Assembly (NCBI GenBank): GCA_002269645.1
Contig: NIVC01000073.1
Coordinates: forward strand, 310,001 to 374,000
DNA from: Macrostomum lignano
Taxonomy: Eukaryota
Length of the DNA stretch: 64,000 bases
Direction: 5' to 3'
Positions 19,331 through 32,326 of this stretch are shown piece after piece. The notes below the pieces were generated by a model. The model worked only from the letters and a program-made list of their open reading frames with translations, did no database searches and was not told where the DNA came from. A program made the translations under genes and the position numbers. Positions within the stretch are counted from its first letter, which is position 1; each line of letters opens with the position of its first letter.

Positions 19331-19879
19331 GTTACATATAGACTACTAGTAGATACATCCAGATCCAACATGTATGACTGATCCTGTTTAACAAGCTAAG
19401 AAGCGCATTGCAGAAAGAATAATCCTCCCCAGAAATGTTTGGCAGCAAATGCATAACGCTTGGGACAGTATGAACTTTAAGTATCGAAATTTCGCGCCAT
19501 AATAGTTCATGAACTTTTGCTTTCTAAGAAGCAAAGTGCTGTTGAGTTTCGTTGAAACAATTATTGCAATTACTTTACTATTAGTTACCGTGCATAGTGC
19601 TAATATGTTGTCTATAGAGCTTTGTAGAGATAGTTTTAGTACGATATATACGTTTTATATTGTCAAGAATTTTGTGCTTCTTTGCGCACTGCATGGGGCC
19701 ATAAGGTATAAAAAATAAACAGTCAGTTTATTCCATTATTAGTTATTATTACTATTATTATTCTTATCATTACCAATTTACTGCACTTTAATTTTTGAAT
19801 TGCCTTGACTAAACTATAAATATATAGGTTAAATAGAACTTCACATTATTACTACGTAGGAGGCTGATTATCTCTGGAT

Positions 19880-20500
19880 TCCCCATGCCCTAGGAGGATC
19901 CCTTGTGCGTTATGAAATTGCGTTGGATTTCTCATTCCAAGGGATTCCCTAGGATTCCCCACTCCATAAGGGACTCCCTAGGATTCCCCACTCGATAGGG
20001 GATTGCCTTGGATTCCCCATTCCATAAGGGATTCGCTAGGATTCCCTTATCCATAAGGGATTCCCTAGGATTTCCCACTCCATAAGGGATTCCCTAGGAT
20101 TCCCCACTCGATAGGGGATTGCCTTGGATTCCCCATTCCATAAAGGAATCGCTAGGATTCCCTTATCCATAAGGGATTCCCTAGGATTCCCCACTCTCCA
20201 CTCTAGGACTTCCCACTAAGGGATTTCCTAGGATTTCTCATTCCATAGGGATTCCCTAGGATTCCCAATTTCATAAGGGATTCTCTTGGATTCCCCATTC
20301 CATAAGTGATTCTCTACGATTCCCCATTCCATATGGGATTTCCTTGGATTCCTCATTTCATAAAGGTTTCCTTTGGATTCCCTATTTCATGTGATTCCCT
20401 AGGATTCCCTGTTCCAGAAGGGATTCTCTTAGATTCCCAATTCCATAGGGATTCCCTTAGATTCCCCATTCCATATGGAATTCGCTGGGATTCCTTACGC
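19880..20500. repeat. degenerate ~29-bp repeat (ggattccccattccataagggattcccta)
   Basis: Direct reading. Confidence 0.9.
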
Positions 20501-21344
20501 CCTCTGGAATACCCTTTGATTCCCTGTGCCTTAAAGGGACTCGCTTAAATTTCCACCGTTTAAATTATCATTACTAAGATGACCAAAAGCAAAGTCCATA
20601 AAGTACATAATGAAAAATCGGCAGAAAAATTTTAAATCCAGAAACATTTACCTCATTAACTACCGCATTTAAATTACTAATTTATTCAATCGTATTCATT
20701 TCCAGCACAAAAGAAGCAACACCACAAATATACGGCTAAAATTATTATAGTTTTTGACAGACGCATCACGCGGGAAAATTAGAAAGTGACAAAGAGAAAT
20801 TTAAGTTTGTCAACGTGCATTTTTGTCAATATTAATAACGCAGTTCAATAACTTTATTGCTTGCTAAATATCGATTGCAAGAATAGCAACAAAGCCGATT
20901 TTGTGTCAAGCGAAGGGAGAAAGATTGTTAACATCCTACTAATAGTAGCATAAATGAAACAATTATACCACTTAGCAATGCAGACAAACTGAAAATATTA
21001 AGCTGTAATTAAATATCTTAATAAGTTATTTAATCATAAGTAGCTAATTTGATAAGAGCAGTAGTTAGAAAAATATTCAAACAAGTGGTTAAATAAAGAA
21101 GAAACGTGCCAATTAGCCACGGAGAAAATTCAGTTAAAATTTAAGTTGTTTATAGGCTGCTTATTCTTTCTTTAGTTAGTAAACTTGTGGTGCCCTAAAC
21201 CAAAAGCAATAGTACTGGCAATAGTCAAATAACGGTGGTTTAACCATGGCATTGTCAAACTATTGAGAACTCCTAAACCCTTTGGAATATCTATTTAATT
21301 GATGAATTTCTTTAGTTCACTCCGGTTTAAAGAATCCGCAGGAA

Positions 21345-21945
21345 ATTCCCATATGCTTGGGGAATACCCTGGGAAATCCCGTATGCTTGGGGAGTACCCC
21401 TGGGGTTAGAATTCCGTATGCTTGGGGAGTACCCCTGGGGTTAGAATTCCGTATGCTTGGGGAGTACCCCTGGGGTTAGAATTCTGTATGCTTGGGGAGT
21501 ACCCCTGTGGTTAGAATTCCGTATGCTTGGGGAGTACCCCTGGGGTTAGAATTCTGTATGCTTGGGGAGTACCCCTGGGGTTAGAATTCCGTATGCTTGG
21601 GGAATACCCTCGGGAATCCCGTGTGCTTAGGGAATACCCTTGGAAATCCCATATGCTTGGGGAGTACCCTGGGGTTGGGAATTCCGTATCCCAGTACCCC
21701 TGGGGTTGGGAATCCCGTATGCTTGGGAATACCCTTGGGAATCCTGTGTGTTTGGGGAATACCCTTGGGAATCCCGCATGCTGGGGGAATACCCTCGGGA
21801 ATCCCGTATGCTTGGGGAATACCCTTGGAAATCCCGTATGCTTGGGAATACCCTTGGGAATCCAGTATGCTTGGGGAATACCCTTGGGAATCCTGTGTGC
21901 TTGGAGAATACCCTCGGGAATCCCGTATGCTTAAGGGAAGGAATT
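21345..21945. repeat. ~30-bp repeat (ggggaatacccttgggaatcccgtatgctt)
   Basis: Direct reading; its reverse complement resembles the 19.9-20.5 kb unit. Confidence 0.9.
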
Positions 21946-22073
21946 CACGTATTCACGTATGCTAGGGGAATACCAAAAAAAATTGAATTTAAGACTAAAA
22001 CAAATTCCCTTTACAAATTATTAAAGACGGGCCTCTAAAATTCTGGAAATTTCAAAGTCCGCAACGCAACTGC

Positions 22074-25000
22074 TCACTTGCTCTCGGCCACTTTCTCAAC
22101 AACAGGCGGCGGCTTAACAAAGGGAATTTTCTCGCGATACTTGGCCGGCATGAGGTGGCGCAGAGCCTCGGGCACCCGGATGCCGTCAGACTCTTGACAG
22201 TTCTCCAGTATGGCGCAGATTGTCCTAGTAGTGGCGCACATTGTCCCGTTTAGCATGTGCACATAGGGCGCCTCATCGTTTTGCTTCTTGGTCTGGCCGA
22301 AGTGCACCTTTAAGATAGGGAGGGGTGGGAAATAGGCGCATTGAAAATTGCACTTGATAATTTAATTATTACTATTAGTTAACAAAACGCGTCCTACACT
22401 TAATATATACCATTGGACTCTGGGAAAAACTGGAAGCGAATACGCTCGTACACCATTTTACCATTCAAGCAGAACTTCAATTCAAACACTTTAATAAATA
22501 GTTCTGCATGTTTCTTTTGAACATGCGAAGGGTAGATAAGGGAGAGAGAAGGGTAGATAAGGGAGCGGGAGAAGGGTAGATAAGGGAGCGGGAGAAGGGT
22601 AGATAAGGGAGCGGGAGAAGGGTAGATAAGGGAGCAGGAGAAGGGTAGATAAGGGAGCAGGAGAAGGGTAGATAAGGGAGCAGGAGAAGGGTAGATAAGG
22701 GAGCAGGAGAAGGGTAGATAAGGGAGCAGGAGAAGGGTAGATAAGGGAGCAGGAGAAGGGTAGATAAGGGAGCAGGAGAAGGGTAGATAAGGGAGCAGAA
22801 GGGTAGATAAGGGAGCAGAAGGGTAGATAAGGGAGAGGGAGAAGGGTAGATAAGGGAGCAGGAGAAGGGTAGATAAGGGAGAGAGAGAAGGGTAGATAAG
22901 GGAGCAGTAGAAGGGTAGATAAGGGAGCCGGAGAAGGGTAGATAAGGGAGAGAGAGAAGGGTAGATAGGGGAGAGAGAGAAAGGTAGATAGGGGAGCCGG
23001 AGAAGGGTAGATAAGGGAGCAGGAAAAGGGTAGATAGGGGAGAGGGAGAATGACAGACAAAAGCGCAAGTTAGGAAGTGAAGACCAACAGATAAACAGTC
23101 AAAGGACACAGTGTAATAAAATAGATTCAATCAATCAAGGGTAGTCCCGCTCACCTGCAAGCTCCTAGCCTGATAGTCGGTACAATTGCTGCATGACACG
23201 AGCTCTCGGAAAGCGCCGCTACCAGGGAACCAGCCTTCTAAATCGTGTTTAATCGCGGCAGCATTGTTCAGTTCGCCGGACACAATGCTGACAACTCGAT
23301 AGGGAATGCCCAACAGCTGATAGAATTTCTCAGCGTTAGCCACCATAGAGGCAAACATCGCTTCAGAGGCCCCATCTAGCGGGCTAGTGATGCAGAACTG
23401 CTCAACCTTGTGAAACTGGTGCACCCGAAATATGCCGCGAGTGTCCCGGCCGTGCGAGCCGACCTCCTGACGGAAGCAGGCGCTGATGCCGGCGTACTTC
23501 AGCGGCAGAGTGGCCGGATTCAGCCATTCGCCACGATGGAAAGCGGCGATAGGCTGCTCAGAAGTGGCTATGAGATATTTCTCTTCGAGTTCAGCGTCGC
23601 CTTTGACGTCGCTGCGCTTGCCGATTACTTTGTAGAGCTCTTCGTCGAACTGGTTGAGCTGGGCTACGGCCTGTGAGATGCAGACATACAGCTTATATAT
23701 AACTGGAAATCTCACAAATCTCAGATAGGAAATCTCACTGATCACAGATAGGAAATCTCACTAATATAATATAGGAAATCTCACAAATATTAGGTAGGAA
23801 ATCTCACAGGAAATCTCAAAAATCTCAAATAGGAAATCTCACAAATCTTAGATAGGAAATCTCACAAATCTCAGATAGGAAATCTCACAAATCTTAGGTA
23901 GGAAATCTCACAAATCTCAGATAGGAAATCTCACAAATCTGAGATAGGAAATCTCACTAGATCTTAGACAGAAAATCTCATAGTCTCATAGGAAGTCCTC
24001 AAAACCAGCAGTCTCACCTGCATAGCGTCCTTGCGCATGAAGTATGGAGTTAGCAACGCTTCGTAGCCTTCATCCAGCAGCAGGTGCAGGCCCAGCTGCA
24101 TCAGTGCCTGCTCCAAGAACACGCACGGGCCCTTCAAATAATAGCCCCTACCACCAGCTGTTCGGGTGCCTCGCTCCCCGTCAAAGCCGTCAATCATGGT
24201 CACCAGGTCTACGTGCGAGTATTGATAGCGGGTGGTGACGTCACCATGCTGACGAATGATGGCATTGTTGTCCTGCGAAACGGAATCATTATTTGGCATT
24301 GTTTTATTTTTCTTGAACAGTGAATGCCGTGTTTAAGAATATTCTTTTACGTGTGAGAGTTGAGTTGAGAAAACTACCCATATATCAATTATTCACACCT
24401 GACAATAATAATAATAACAACAGTCATAAAAATTGATTACACCCGCCACCAACACTTGTGCAACCGACAGCTCAGCTGCAGCTATTGTGCGACGCATCTG
24501 AAGGTTGCATACGGCTGTTCAGTCCAAGGACTTGTGGGGGGGTCGCCACACAGCCTCAATTACCCCAGCTAATGCTGGCACCCATTTTACAGCTGGGTGA
24601 ACTGAAGCAATGCAGAGTCAAGCGTCTTGCTCAAAGGACAGTCGTGAGTCCGAAGCTCTGACCACTAGGCTACAACCCCCTTCTGACTACATTAAAATAT
24701 GGTTACTATACCTCATTGTCGCTAACAACTACATCCTTGTGCAGCAGGTTGCCAACCTCTCTGAGCAGATTGTCGCGATCATTTTTCAATTGGTCAATAA
24801 TGTGCTCATTTTTCACTATAGTCTCGCCAATAAAACGGCCGTAGGATTTCAGCTGAAGGACTGACAGGATCTGGAAGTTCAATAAAATACACAATAGAAG
24901 TTTAAATGACGCATACATGTAATGAAGAATATAGAAACAACAGCAACAATTTATTGAACCTTCAAATCCTCAGGCTTGACCTCAGCTGGGTTAGCAGTGA

Positions 25001-26265
25001 GCGATTCTGGAATTGGCAGATCCTCGCCATCAGCTTCTTTAGCCTGAAAAACAAAATTTTAGATCAGGATGTCAAGCATACAATAAACTAAATTATCTCA
25101 CATTTGCTTTGCAGCTACCTTTTTCCTTTCTCCAACAGCCTTGCCGCAGGCATTTCTAAGCCGGTTTAGTTGGTCGCCAGTGTAACGGGCTAAAATATTA
25201 ATTTAATACATAGAATTAAAATGACTGAGTTGGTTACAAGTTACCAATTTGGATGTGAAGTTACAGACACAAAGGCTTTTAGACAGAACATATCTTCCCC
25301 ATACCTTGTTTCCATATCTACAGTAATATTGGTTAATCAAGGACTGAGACAAAAAACTATTGGAGTGCTTGATTTCATAGATACAGTGTAGAGCACAAGA
25401 GTTTAATGATTTTTGCCACATTTCAAAGCTTTTCTGAGGGGAGCCTGGGGTTGACATATATATAGATAGCAAATTAGATAGACTAGGGAGTAGATAGGAC
25501 TATTTTTTAGCATAGTATATATAATAATTAAATTCTAAGATAATTTGTAAAAAATAATTTTGTTAAATAGTTATTTTGGGAAATTTTTTCCAATAGTAGA
25601 AATTAGGGTCTAAGCCCTAGATAAGTGCATGATTTTATATCAAATTTGAGTAAATACTAAGATTAATTATTTTGATATCCATATATGCGCAACCTTGGGA
25701 ATCACTTGGCCATTTCTATTGGCAACACACATACACACACATGTAAGTTGCTATTGGCTGAGAGTAGTCATATGACCATACATGCACAACCTCCAAAATT
25801 CGGGCGGGCGTGCAACTTAGTTTTAACAAAAATGCGACGTAGTTTTTGGCCAAAAATGCGACGTAGTTTTTGGCCAAAAATGCGACTTACATGTAAAAAA
25901 ACCCTAAAGCAAAATTAATGCAACTTTGGGTAAACGGCAGGAGTAACTATGACTGTCTTATTAAGCTGCAATGCCTCGTCAGCTACTTAGTACTACTACT
26001 TCGGCGTTTTTTCGGGTGGGCATTTTTGCAACTTCTTTGGTTGGCTGCCAAATCGGTCAGCCAGATTGGCCGACTTGGTGGACTGTTGTGCATGTATGCA
26101 TATGACTACTATTCCATCTAATAGTAACTTACATATGTGTGTTGCCAATAGAAATGGCCAGGTAAATCCCTAGGTTGCACCCAAGCATATTAATGTCTTG
26201 TTAAAATAAGCCCAATGCATTGAAAAAAAACTTACTTGTTGTTTAAACAAAGTTTTTCTAAGAAA

Positions 26266-26300
<35 letters not shown>

Positions 26301-28817
26301 ATTAATTCATTGCTACATTACTTTCTAAAGTGATCAAAATGAAAAAAATTAATCAGATGATTGAAAATGCAATATAGTATTAAAAAATGGCAAAATCCAA
26401 AAATTGGGGGCAAGTTTTTTGAAAATTTGTTTTTTTGCAAGTTGAAAGCAAAAAAGCTATAAAATAAATTTACTTAAGTTTTAAAAAGTTGAAAACATCT
26501 ATAAAAGCAAAAATTATTCACATATAGCCTTATTTTTTAACATGATTTGTTAAAACAATAAATTAAATCCAAATATACTAAATCTCTAAGTCTATATACT
26601 AAAAATAAAAATTTACAACCTAAAATGACCCTAATAAAAAGATAGAAAAACTCTAATAATTTATTTATTAACTTAAAGTATCTTATAATATTACATTGTA
26701 TAATGCTAAAACATATTAATATTCTTTTAAAGGGTTTTTTGTTTATCACTTTTGTTACTATTGACAACATGTACTTTGTAGAGTTCATTTGCAATAAATA
26801 CTGTATTCAACGTAAGTTATTATTTCAGCATACAAATTCCTATAAGGATCGGAAAGTTGCATTTTACTCAGTTTCTACTGAAGCGATTTGGAAAATTCTT
26901 TTTTTCCAGCATACACGCCGCAATTATATATATTTAAGTGTAATTTCATTGTTCTTTGTCATTTAATAAGCATACAGTAAGCATCTGATTTGGAAGCCAG
27001 GTAACACATTGGAATTCCTATAAGGATCGGAAATTTGCATTTTACTCAGCTTCTACTGAAGTGATTTGAAAAAATCTTTTTTCCTGCATGCATACCGTGA
27101 TGATACATATTTGAGTGCAATTTTATTGTTCTTTGTTGCCTCATAAGCTTACAATAAGCATTTCATTTTGGATGCCGGAATCATATTTTGTGGTACCATT
27201 TTTTATCCAAAATTTTTAAGTCTAAATAAATATAGGCATATTACATACATTAATACTATGCAAGTTAATATTTAAATAAAAGAAAACAACTTGAAGATTT
27301 TTTGCAACAAGGAATTAGTGGTATATTTACTTTTAGAAAAAATGTTAACTGGCAAACTTTGTACTTTAAATTAGCACACATTTTTGCGAGTTTATGTGGT
27401 TTTAGAAAAACTTTTCTTGGAAATATTTTATCTTTTAAAATAAAAAAGTAAAACACATATTACTTTCTGTTTTGTGAGTAGTAAAAAATTAGCCTTTTCT
27501 AAAGTCTATGAGTCTTAAAATTAATTGTTTATTAATGAAAAAAGTGAAACCAAAAATTTCGAATCAGTCATTTTGGACTTTTAAAATGCTTTTTGTAGTT
27601 TTTTTACTTATATATTCAGCAATGTAAAGCATGAAAACAATAGTTTTTATCCAGAACTATTTTTAAAGACTTATCTGTCTTTCAAAAAGCTTTTTAAATA
27701 CATTACTTTCTATTGAATGTCTAGAAATTTGTTTTATCATTTTATCCCCTATTTTTTGATTTTGCCAAATGTATTTTATTTTCAAAACACAACTTTAAAC
27801 AATAAGTAAAATTCTTTTTTTGATTTTAACCTTTTTTAATTAAGGAATTAAATTATTTACTTTATTATAAATAAATAGGCCTATTTTTTAAATTACCTTT
27901 AAAATAATGCATATTCTTTTTATTATTATTCGATAAAATGACTAAATAAGGCCTCCTAATTCACAAAAAGGCTTTTGATAAAAACATTTTAGATAAAATT
28001 CCTATCTACTTATAATTATATGATAGCAAAAGTATAAATGAAAAATTTTATAACAAAGTAGAAAAAAAAAGATAAAAAATTAAACTTGTTTGAGATTAAA
28101 AAGCAACTCATCCTATAATTTTATAGGACTATAAATAATCTTTTAAAAGAATCATTTTATTAATAAAAAGAATATAAAGAAAAAATAAATTTAGGAAAAA
28201 AATAAATATTAAATATCTTTCTCAAATGCATTAGGCCTATTCATACATGCCAAAAATCCATCTGACCTATCCAAACTAAGTGGGTAAAATGGTTACTGGC
28301 CAAGATAAGTTGCAAAATTTAAAATGCAAAATACAAAAAAATGAGGGAAAAGAGGTGAGGAAGAAAAAAGGAAAAGAAAGGAGGGAAAAGAAAGAAGGGA
28401 AAGAGGAAAAAGAAAGAAAAATAGAAGAAAAAGAGAAAAATAGACCTATTTACAGTTTTCACAATATTTTATAAGATTTTCTCATTTCTAAGCCAAATTC
28501 CAAGGCTAGGCCTATACCTGTCTATTTAGGAATATATGCACATTTACAGATAGCAAGTTTAGTTGAGGTTCAAATAATATCTAGCCATGAATGAATAATT
28601 GAATTCCTAATAAACTCTATAGATAAGACAAGTTGATAAAATTAGTGTAAACTGAAATGTTATTTGATATGCATTACACACCTTTGCGCCACTCATTATC
28701 AAGATCAATAATTCTGTCAATAACAGTTGCATCTTTGAAACGGTTCTTTTCACTCTGTCTTACTAGATCTGGATTGCCACCTTTTTCAGGCCTTAGCAAA
28801 TCAATATCTAGAACCAT
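22074..28817 (-). CDS. SARS1: cytosolic seryl-tRNA synthetase; exons 28682-28817, 25119-25189, 24960-25043, 24712-24870, 24018-24272, 23155-23670, 22074-22307
   Basis: N-terminus [29 protein letters not shown]; LREVGNLLH; YSHVDL; GRGYYLKG; YLIATSEQP; motif 2 [28 protein letters not shown]; [14 protein letters not shown]; motif 3 [20 protein letters not shown]. All six introns are GT-AG and phase-compatible. Confidence 0.97.
22527..23050. repeat. 23-bp minisatellite (gaagggtagataagggagcagga) in the last SARS1 intron
   Basis: Direct reading. Confidence 0.95.
23710..23985. repeat. ~23-bp repeat (aggaaatctcacaaatctcagat) in a SARS1 intron
   Basis: Direct reading. Confidence 0.9.
24465..24679 (-). 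mobile_element. tRNA-derived CORE-type SINE, copy 2 (SARS1 intron), B-box region deleted
   Basis: Shares acagctcagc.gcagctattg, acagctgggtgaactgaagcaatgcagagt and gtgagtccga.gctct...ccactaggctacaacccc with 1880-2104. Confidence 0.75.
25683..26190. mobile_element. non-autonomous element with ~110-bp imperfect TIRs
   Basis: Left caaccttgggaatcacttggccatttctattggcaacacac is inverted at right (gtgtgttgccaatagaaatggccaggtaaatccctaggttg); internal 24-bp tandem; TSD unclear. Confidence 0.7.
26835..27190. repeat. two diverged tandem copies of a 178-bp unit
   Basis: aattcctataaggatcggaaa.ttgcattttactcag at 26835 and 27013. Confidence 0.85.
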
Positions 28818-29869
28818 TTTTGATTTGTAAAGGGCGAATGCTTGGTTATCAAAAAGAGATAATAGGCCCTAATCGATTTTTTTTATTCGATAATATAGCT
28901 ACTGTATAAATTTGTCACTACCAAAAGTACAACACTTGAATTAGGATAAAAGCTAATTCCCGATTCGAGTGGGGGTCCAATTCAAAACTATTCAAAATTC
29001 GGAGTGTCGTAAAGAGCTGTATACTATGGCTGCATTGCATACATTACACGCGCGTTCAACGACGTATTTAATTTTTCAATATTTGATATTCATTCACCTT
29101 CGAAATTTCAACAAAGCCGCTTCGAATTTTCTTTACTTGAGCGAAATGCTATGAAATCATATATTTTTTTACACAGCCAATTTAAAAAAACTACATAAGT
29201 ATTTTTCTATTAGAAATACGCCTCGACAAAAATTTCATGTTTAAAGTATTTTCCAATTTCCGTGACCCGCTTGTTTAATCCTGTAATGTATGCTACTCAT
29301 GCATCAGAGCGTCGTAAAGTACAGGCAGAGCTACATAAGTTTTCAATTGACAATCCAAATTTCCGCCATGCAGTCCAAATACATGCATGTACCTTAGAAA
29401 GACATTGACTTGTTGATTCTTAAACAGATCTTATCAAAATGGATCTTCTTGGGTTGCTGTGCAAGTAAACTTGCAAGATTGTGCAAGATCTTCGCCATGA
29501 TAATAATTAGGTAAACTTATAAATCTGGCGACTTGCTATATCGCACAAGATCTTTAACTTTTATGTCTTTTTATAGCTTCGAATCATTATATCGCATATT
29601 TTCTTTTTAAATTTATTGTCACACAAGCTGTTGAAACCCGCGGATTTTGAACCCGGGGAACTCCATTCCCCAGAAATATTTTTGCATGTATTCTAAAATC
29701 TGAGGTAAAACTCACACAAAAACTTGTTCCCTTGTTAATAGTTAGGATAGAGTTAAACATAAAATAGTGTACATTCATGTAAAATTAGGATTTGAGGCAA
29801 ACATTGATATTGTTGGCTGGGGTGCTGCGCAGAATGTCAGGCAAACTCTGGCCTCTACGTACATCTGCC

Positions 29870-30165
29870 TCTCCCTATGTCCTTTGCATCCTTTGAAACT
29901 TCCATCTTCTTTTCTGTTTCCTATCTTCTCTCTCGTCTCTTCTCTCTCTCCCCTCTTATCTCTTCTTTCTTCTCTCCTCTCTCGTCTCTTCTCTTGTCTC
30001 TTCCCTCTCCACTCTATTCTTTTCTCTCTCTTCTCCTCTCTTCGCTCTGGTCTCTGGTCTCTCATATCTCCTTTCTCCTGTTTTATCTTTTCTCATTTCT
30101 CTCTGCTCTCTACTCTCTCTTCCCTCTGCTCTCTGCTCTCTCTTCCCTCACCTCTCTTCTCACTC
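29870..30165. repeat. CT-rich low-complexity tract
   Basis: Direct reading. Confidence 0.85.
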
Positions 30166-30344
30166 AGGATTGCATTGTAATCAGTTATTCATTAATTTTT
30201 CGATATTTTTACAAACCATCCCACATCGCCTTGATTTGCCATCCTTGTTTAACTGCTGCAGACTTGTCTATTCAGAGGACAGTGGTTTGAAATTGAATCT
30301 CTCACTAAACTCTCTCCTCTCCACGCCTCTCCACTCGCGGGGGT

Positions 30345-31076
30345 ACAGAGAAGGCTATTAAAAAGTTATTCCAAAACACTGTACATTCGCTATTTACATT
30401 GAGCCCTATCGCCTGACCCTTCGTCTGGCTCTGGGGGAATAAGTGAGTGAGTGGCACAAACAACAGAAAAAGCAGACAAACTTCACATGCTTACAGTTTC
30501 TGTTCTGATTGAGTTAGAGAGTTGAAACTTTACATTTAGACAGAGAATGAATCAAAGAAGAATTGTGTTAAGTTAGAAGTCAATCGCTTCACGTGGAGCA
30601 AACTTATGGCAGCCGAAAGTTAGTCATTTTAAAACCCATTTACACCCTTTGCCCAGATCGGGAAAGAGGCAGGCGGGCGGAGGTTGGGGTGGCTGTCTCG
30701 CTGAAAAAAACAGCCAAACTTTAAAAGTGCACAGCGCCGTTCAGGATTAACTTTGAGACTCGAAATTTTACACGATTGTGTCAAAATAGTTGAAAATTGA
30801 TTGTGTCAAATTTGAAGAGGATCGGTAGAAGTGGAGCGGCGCTAAGGAGGCTTTAGTAAAAAAATCGCGCATTTTGAGCAGTTTTTTGCACTTTTAGGTA
30901 GGAAGACTCAAATTTAGGAAATTTAAAGGTAGCCTAAGACATTCTCCGTAGTGAGTTTAGGGTGGGTGTAAAATTTGGTGTCATTTGGTTGAGCGGTTTG
31001 GGAGTCCATAGCGATCAAAATTGTCCACACACAGACACACACACACACAGAGTTTTGATTTTTATATGTAGAGATT
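30345..31076 (+). mobile_element. probable non-autonomous Helentron (HINE / DINE-1 / Lep1-like)
   Basis: aaatttgaagaggatcgg and aaatttggtgtcatttggttgagcggtttggg blocks, then an AC microsatellite and tttttatatgtagagat ending in a T run. This layout is typical of HINEs. The 5' boundary is a guess. Confidence 0.5.
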
Positions 31077-31321
31077 TTGTCATAAAATAAATTATAATTC
31101 AGCTAGAACACTCTTTAGCCAAATGAATAACAAAACAAATTTACCTCCCTTCTTAGAAGATCCTGCAAGAACCGAGCAGATTGAAAAAGATCTGCTAAGA
31201 ATGGCACAGCAGACAAGATCTGCTATATAAGTTTGAAAAACTGCAGAATGTCATCTATAGCTACTCAGCTCTATAAAACCTTCCCTCTCTTTATAGGATC
31301 AAAAAACGTAATAATGTCGAT

Positions 31322-32326
31322 GTGGACCATAGACTAAGTCTAACTAGCAAGTTATCTCAATATAGTGACAGAGTGGCTCTGGCTGTTTTGCTGTTCGCTA
31401 GTGTCAACACTAACAAGACACTCCTCGGCATGGGATTGTCCAACATCAAGATCGGCTTCAGTCACGAGGTAAAGCTGGACGAAAGTGTTGAGTGGCTAGC
31501 CGTGTGCAGCGACTCCAGCGGCTTCGCTAGCGACAGCTCCGGCCGTGTAGTTGCCGCGCGGTCAAAAAGTAACGACGACAGAGAGGCTCTGCCTCAGCCC
31601 TGCATCTATACGGCATACACAGCCTCTGGCATGGACCACCTGCTAGTGCTGTCTTTGGACGGGTCAAAGAAACTGCGATGCCACTGCCAAATCGACTTTG
31701 GTCAATCTATTAACGGTCTTTGCTGCGACCGGAAGCGCCTGGTGATTGCTCAGTACAATGAAGCGACCGTGACAGATCTGAGCGGCTTGAAGTTGATTCA
31801 AATCAAACCGGATTATCGTGCTAGCGTAATACATGGACTGGGCTTCAAGGACAACACTGTGTTTCTGACCAGCAGAGCTGAAATTTTTGCCTATAATAGC
31901 AAAACTGGAAAGCTGTTGAGTTCTATGCATCTACCGCTGCGCCATGCCTCACTAGGCAAACTGCTCGTCCATGGCAGTTGCCTACTTGTGATAGACAAAT
32001 GCCAAGGGCAGGTGCACAGGGTGCACTACTCCGACCAGAGATTAGTCACCTCGCATCCTACTGAGCACTCCGGACTGGAGCGTTTCTGGGGTCTGTCTGA
32101 CGTGGCCATCGACAAGAAAGGCCGCCTGTTCGTGAGTGAGTGCGTGGGACAATCGGTGCGAGTCGTCAACCCCAAAAACGGTTTGCTTTTGGGAACTGTG
32201 GGTGAGCCGGGAAGCGAACTCGGGGTTCCCGGGAGCCTGGCAGTGGCGACAGTGGATAAGAGGGAGCAGCTGGTGGTGGTCGTGGGGGGTAGCAATAATC
32301 GGATTGTGGTGCTGAATATCCTGTGA
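31322..32326 (+). CDS. single-exon NHL-like beta-propeller protein
   Basis: 334-aa ORF; GLSDVAIDKKGRLFVSECVGQSVRVVN and PGSLAVA...VVVGGSNNRIVVL are NHL-type blades. The true start may be the Met at 31430. Confidence 0.75.
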   Translation: MDHRLSLTSKLSQYSDRVALAVLLFASVNTNKTLLGMGLSNIKIGFSHEVKLDESVEWLAVCSDSSGFASDSSGRVVAARSKSNDDREALPQPCIYTAYTASGMDHLLVLSLDGSKKLRCHCQIDFGQSINGLCCDRKRLVIAQYNEATVTDLSGLKLIQIKPDYRASVIHGLGFKDNTVFLTSRAEIFAYNSKTGKLLSSMHLPLRHASLGKLLVHGSCLLVIDKCQGQVHRVHYSDQRLVTSHPTEHSGLERFWGLSDVAIDKKGRLFVSECVGQSVRVVNPKNGLLLGTVGEPGSELGVPGSLAVATVDKREQLVVVVGGSNNRIVVLNIL

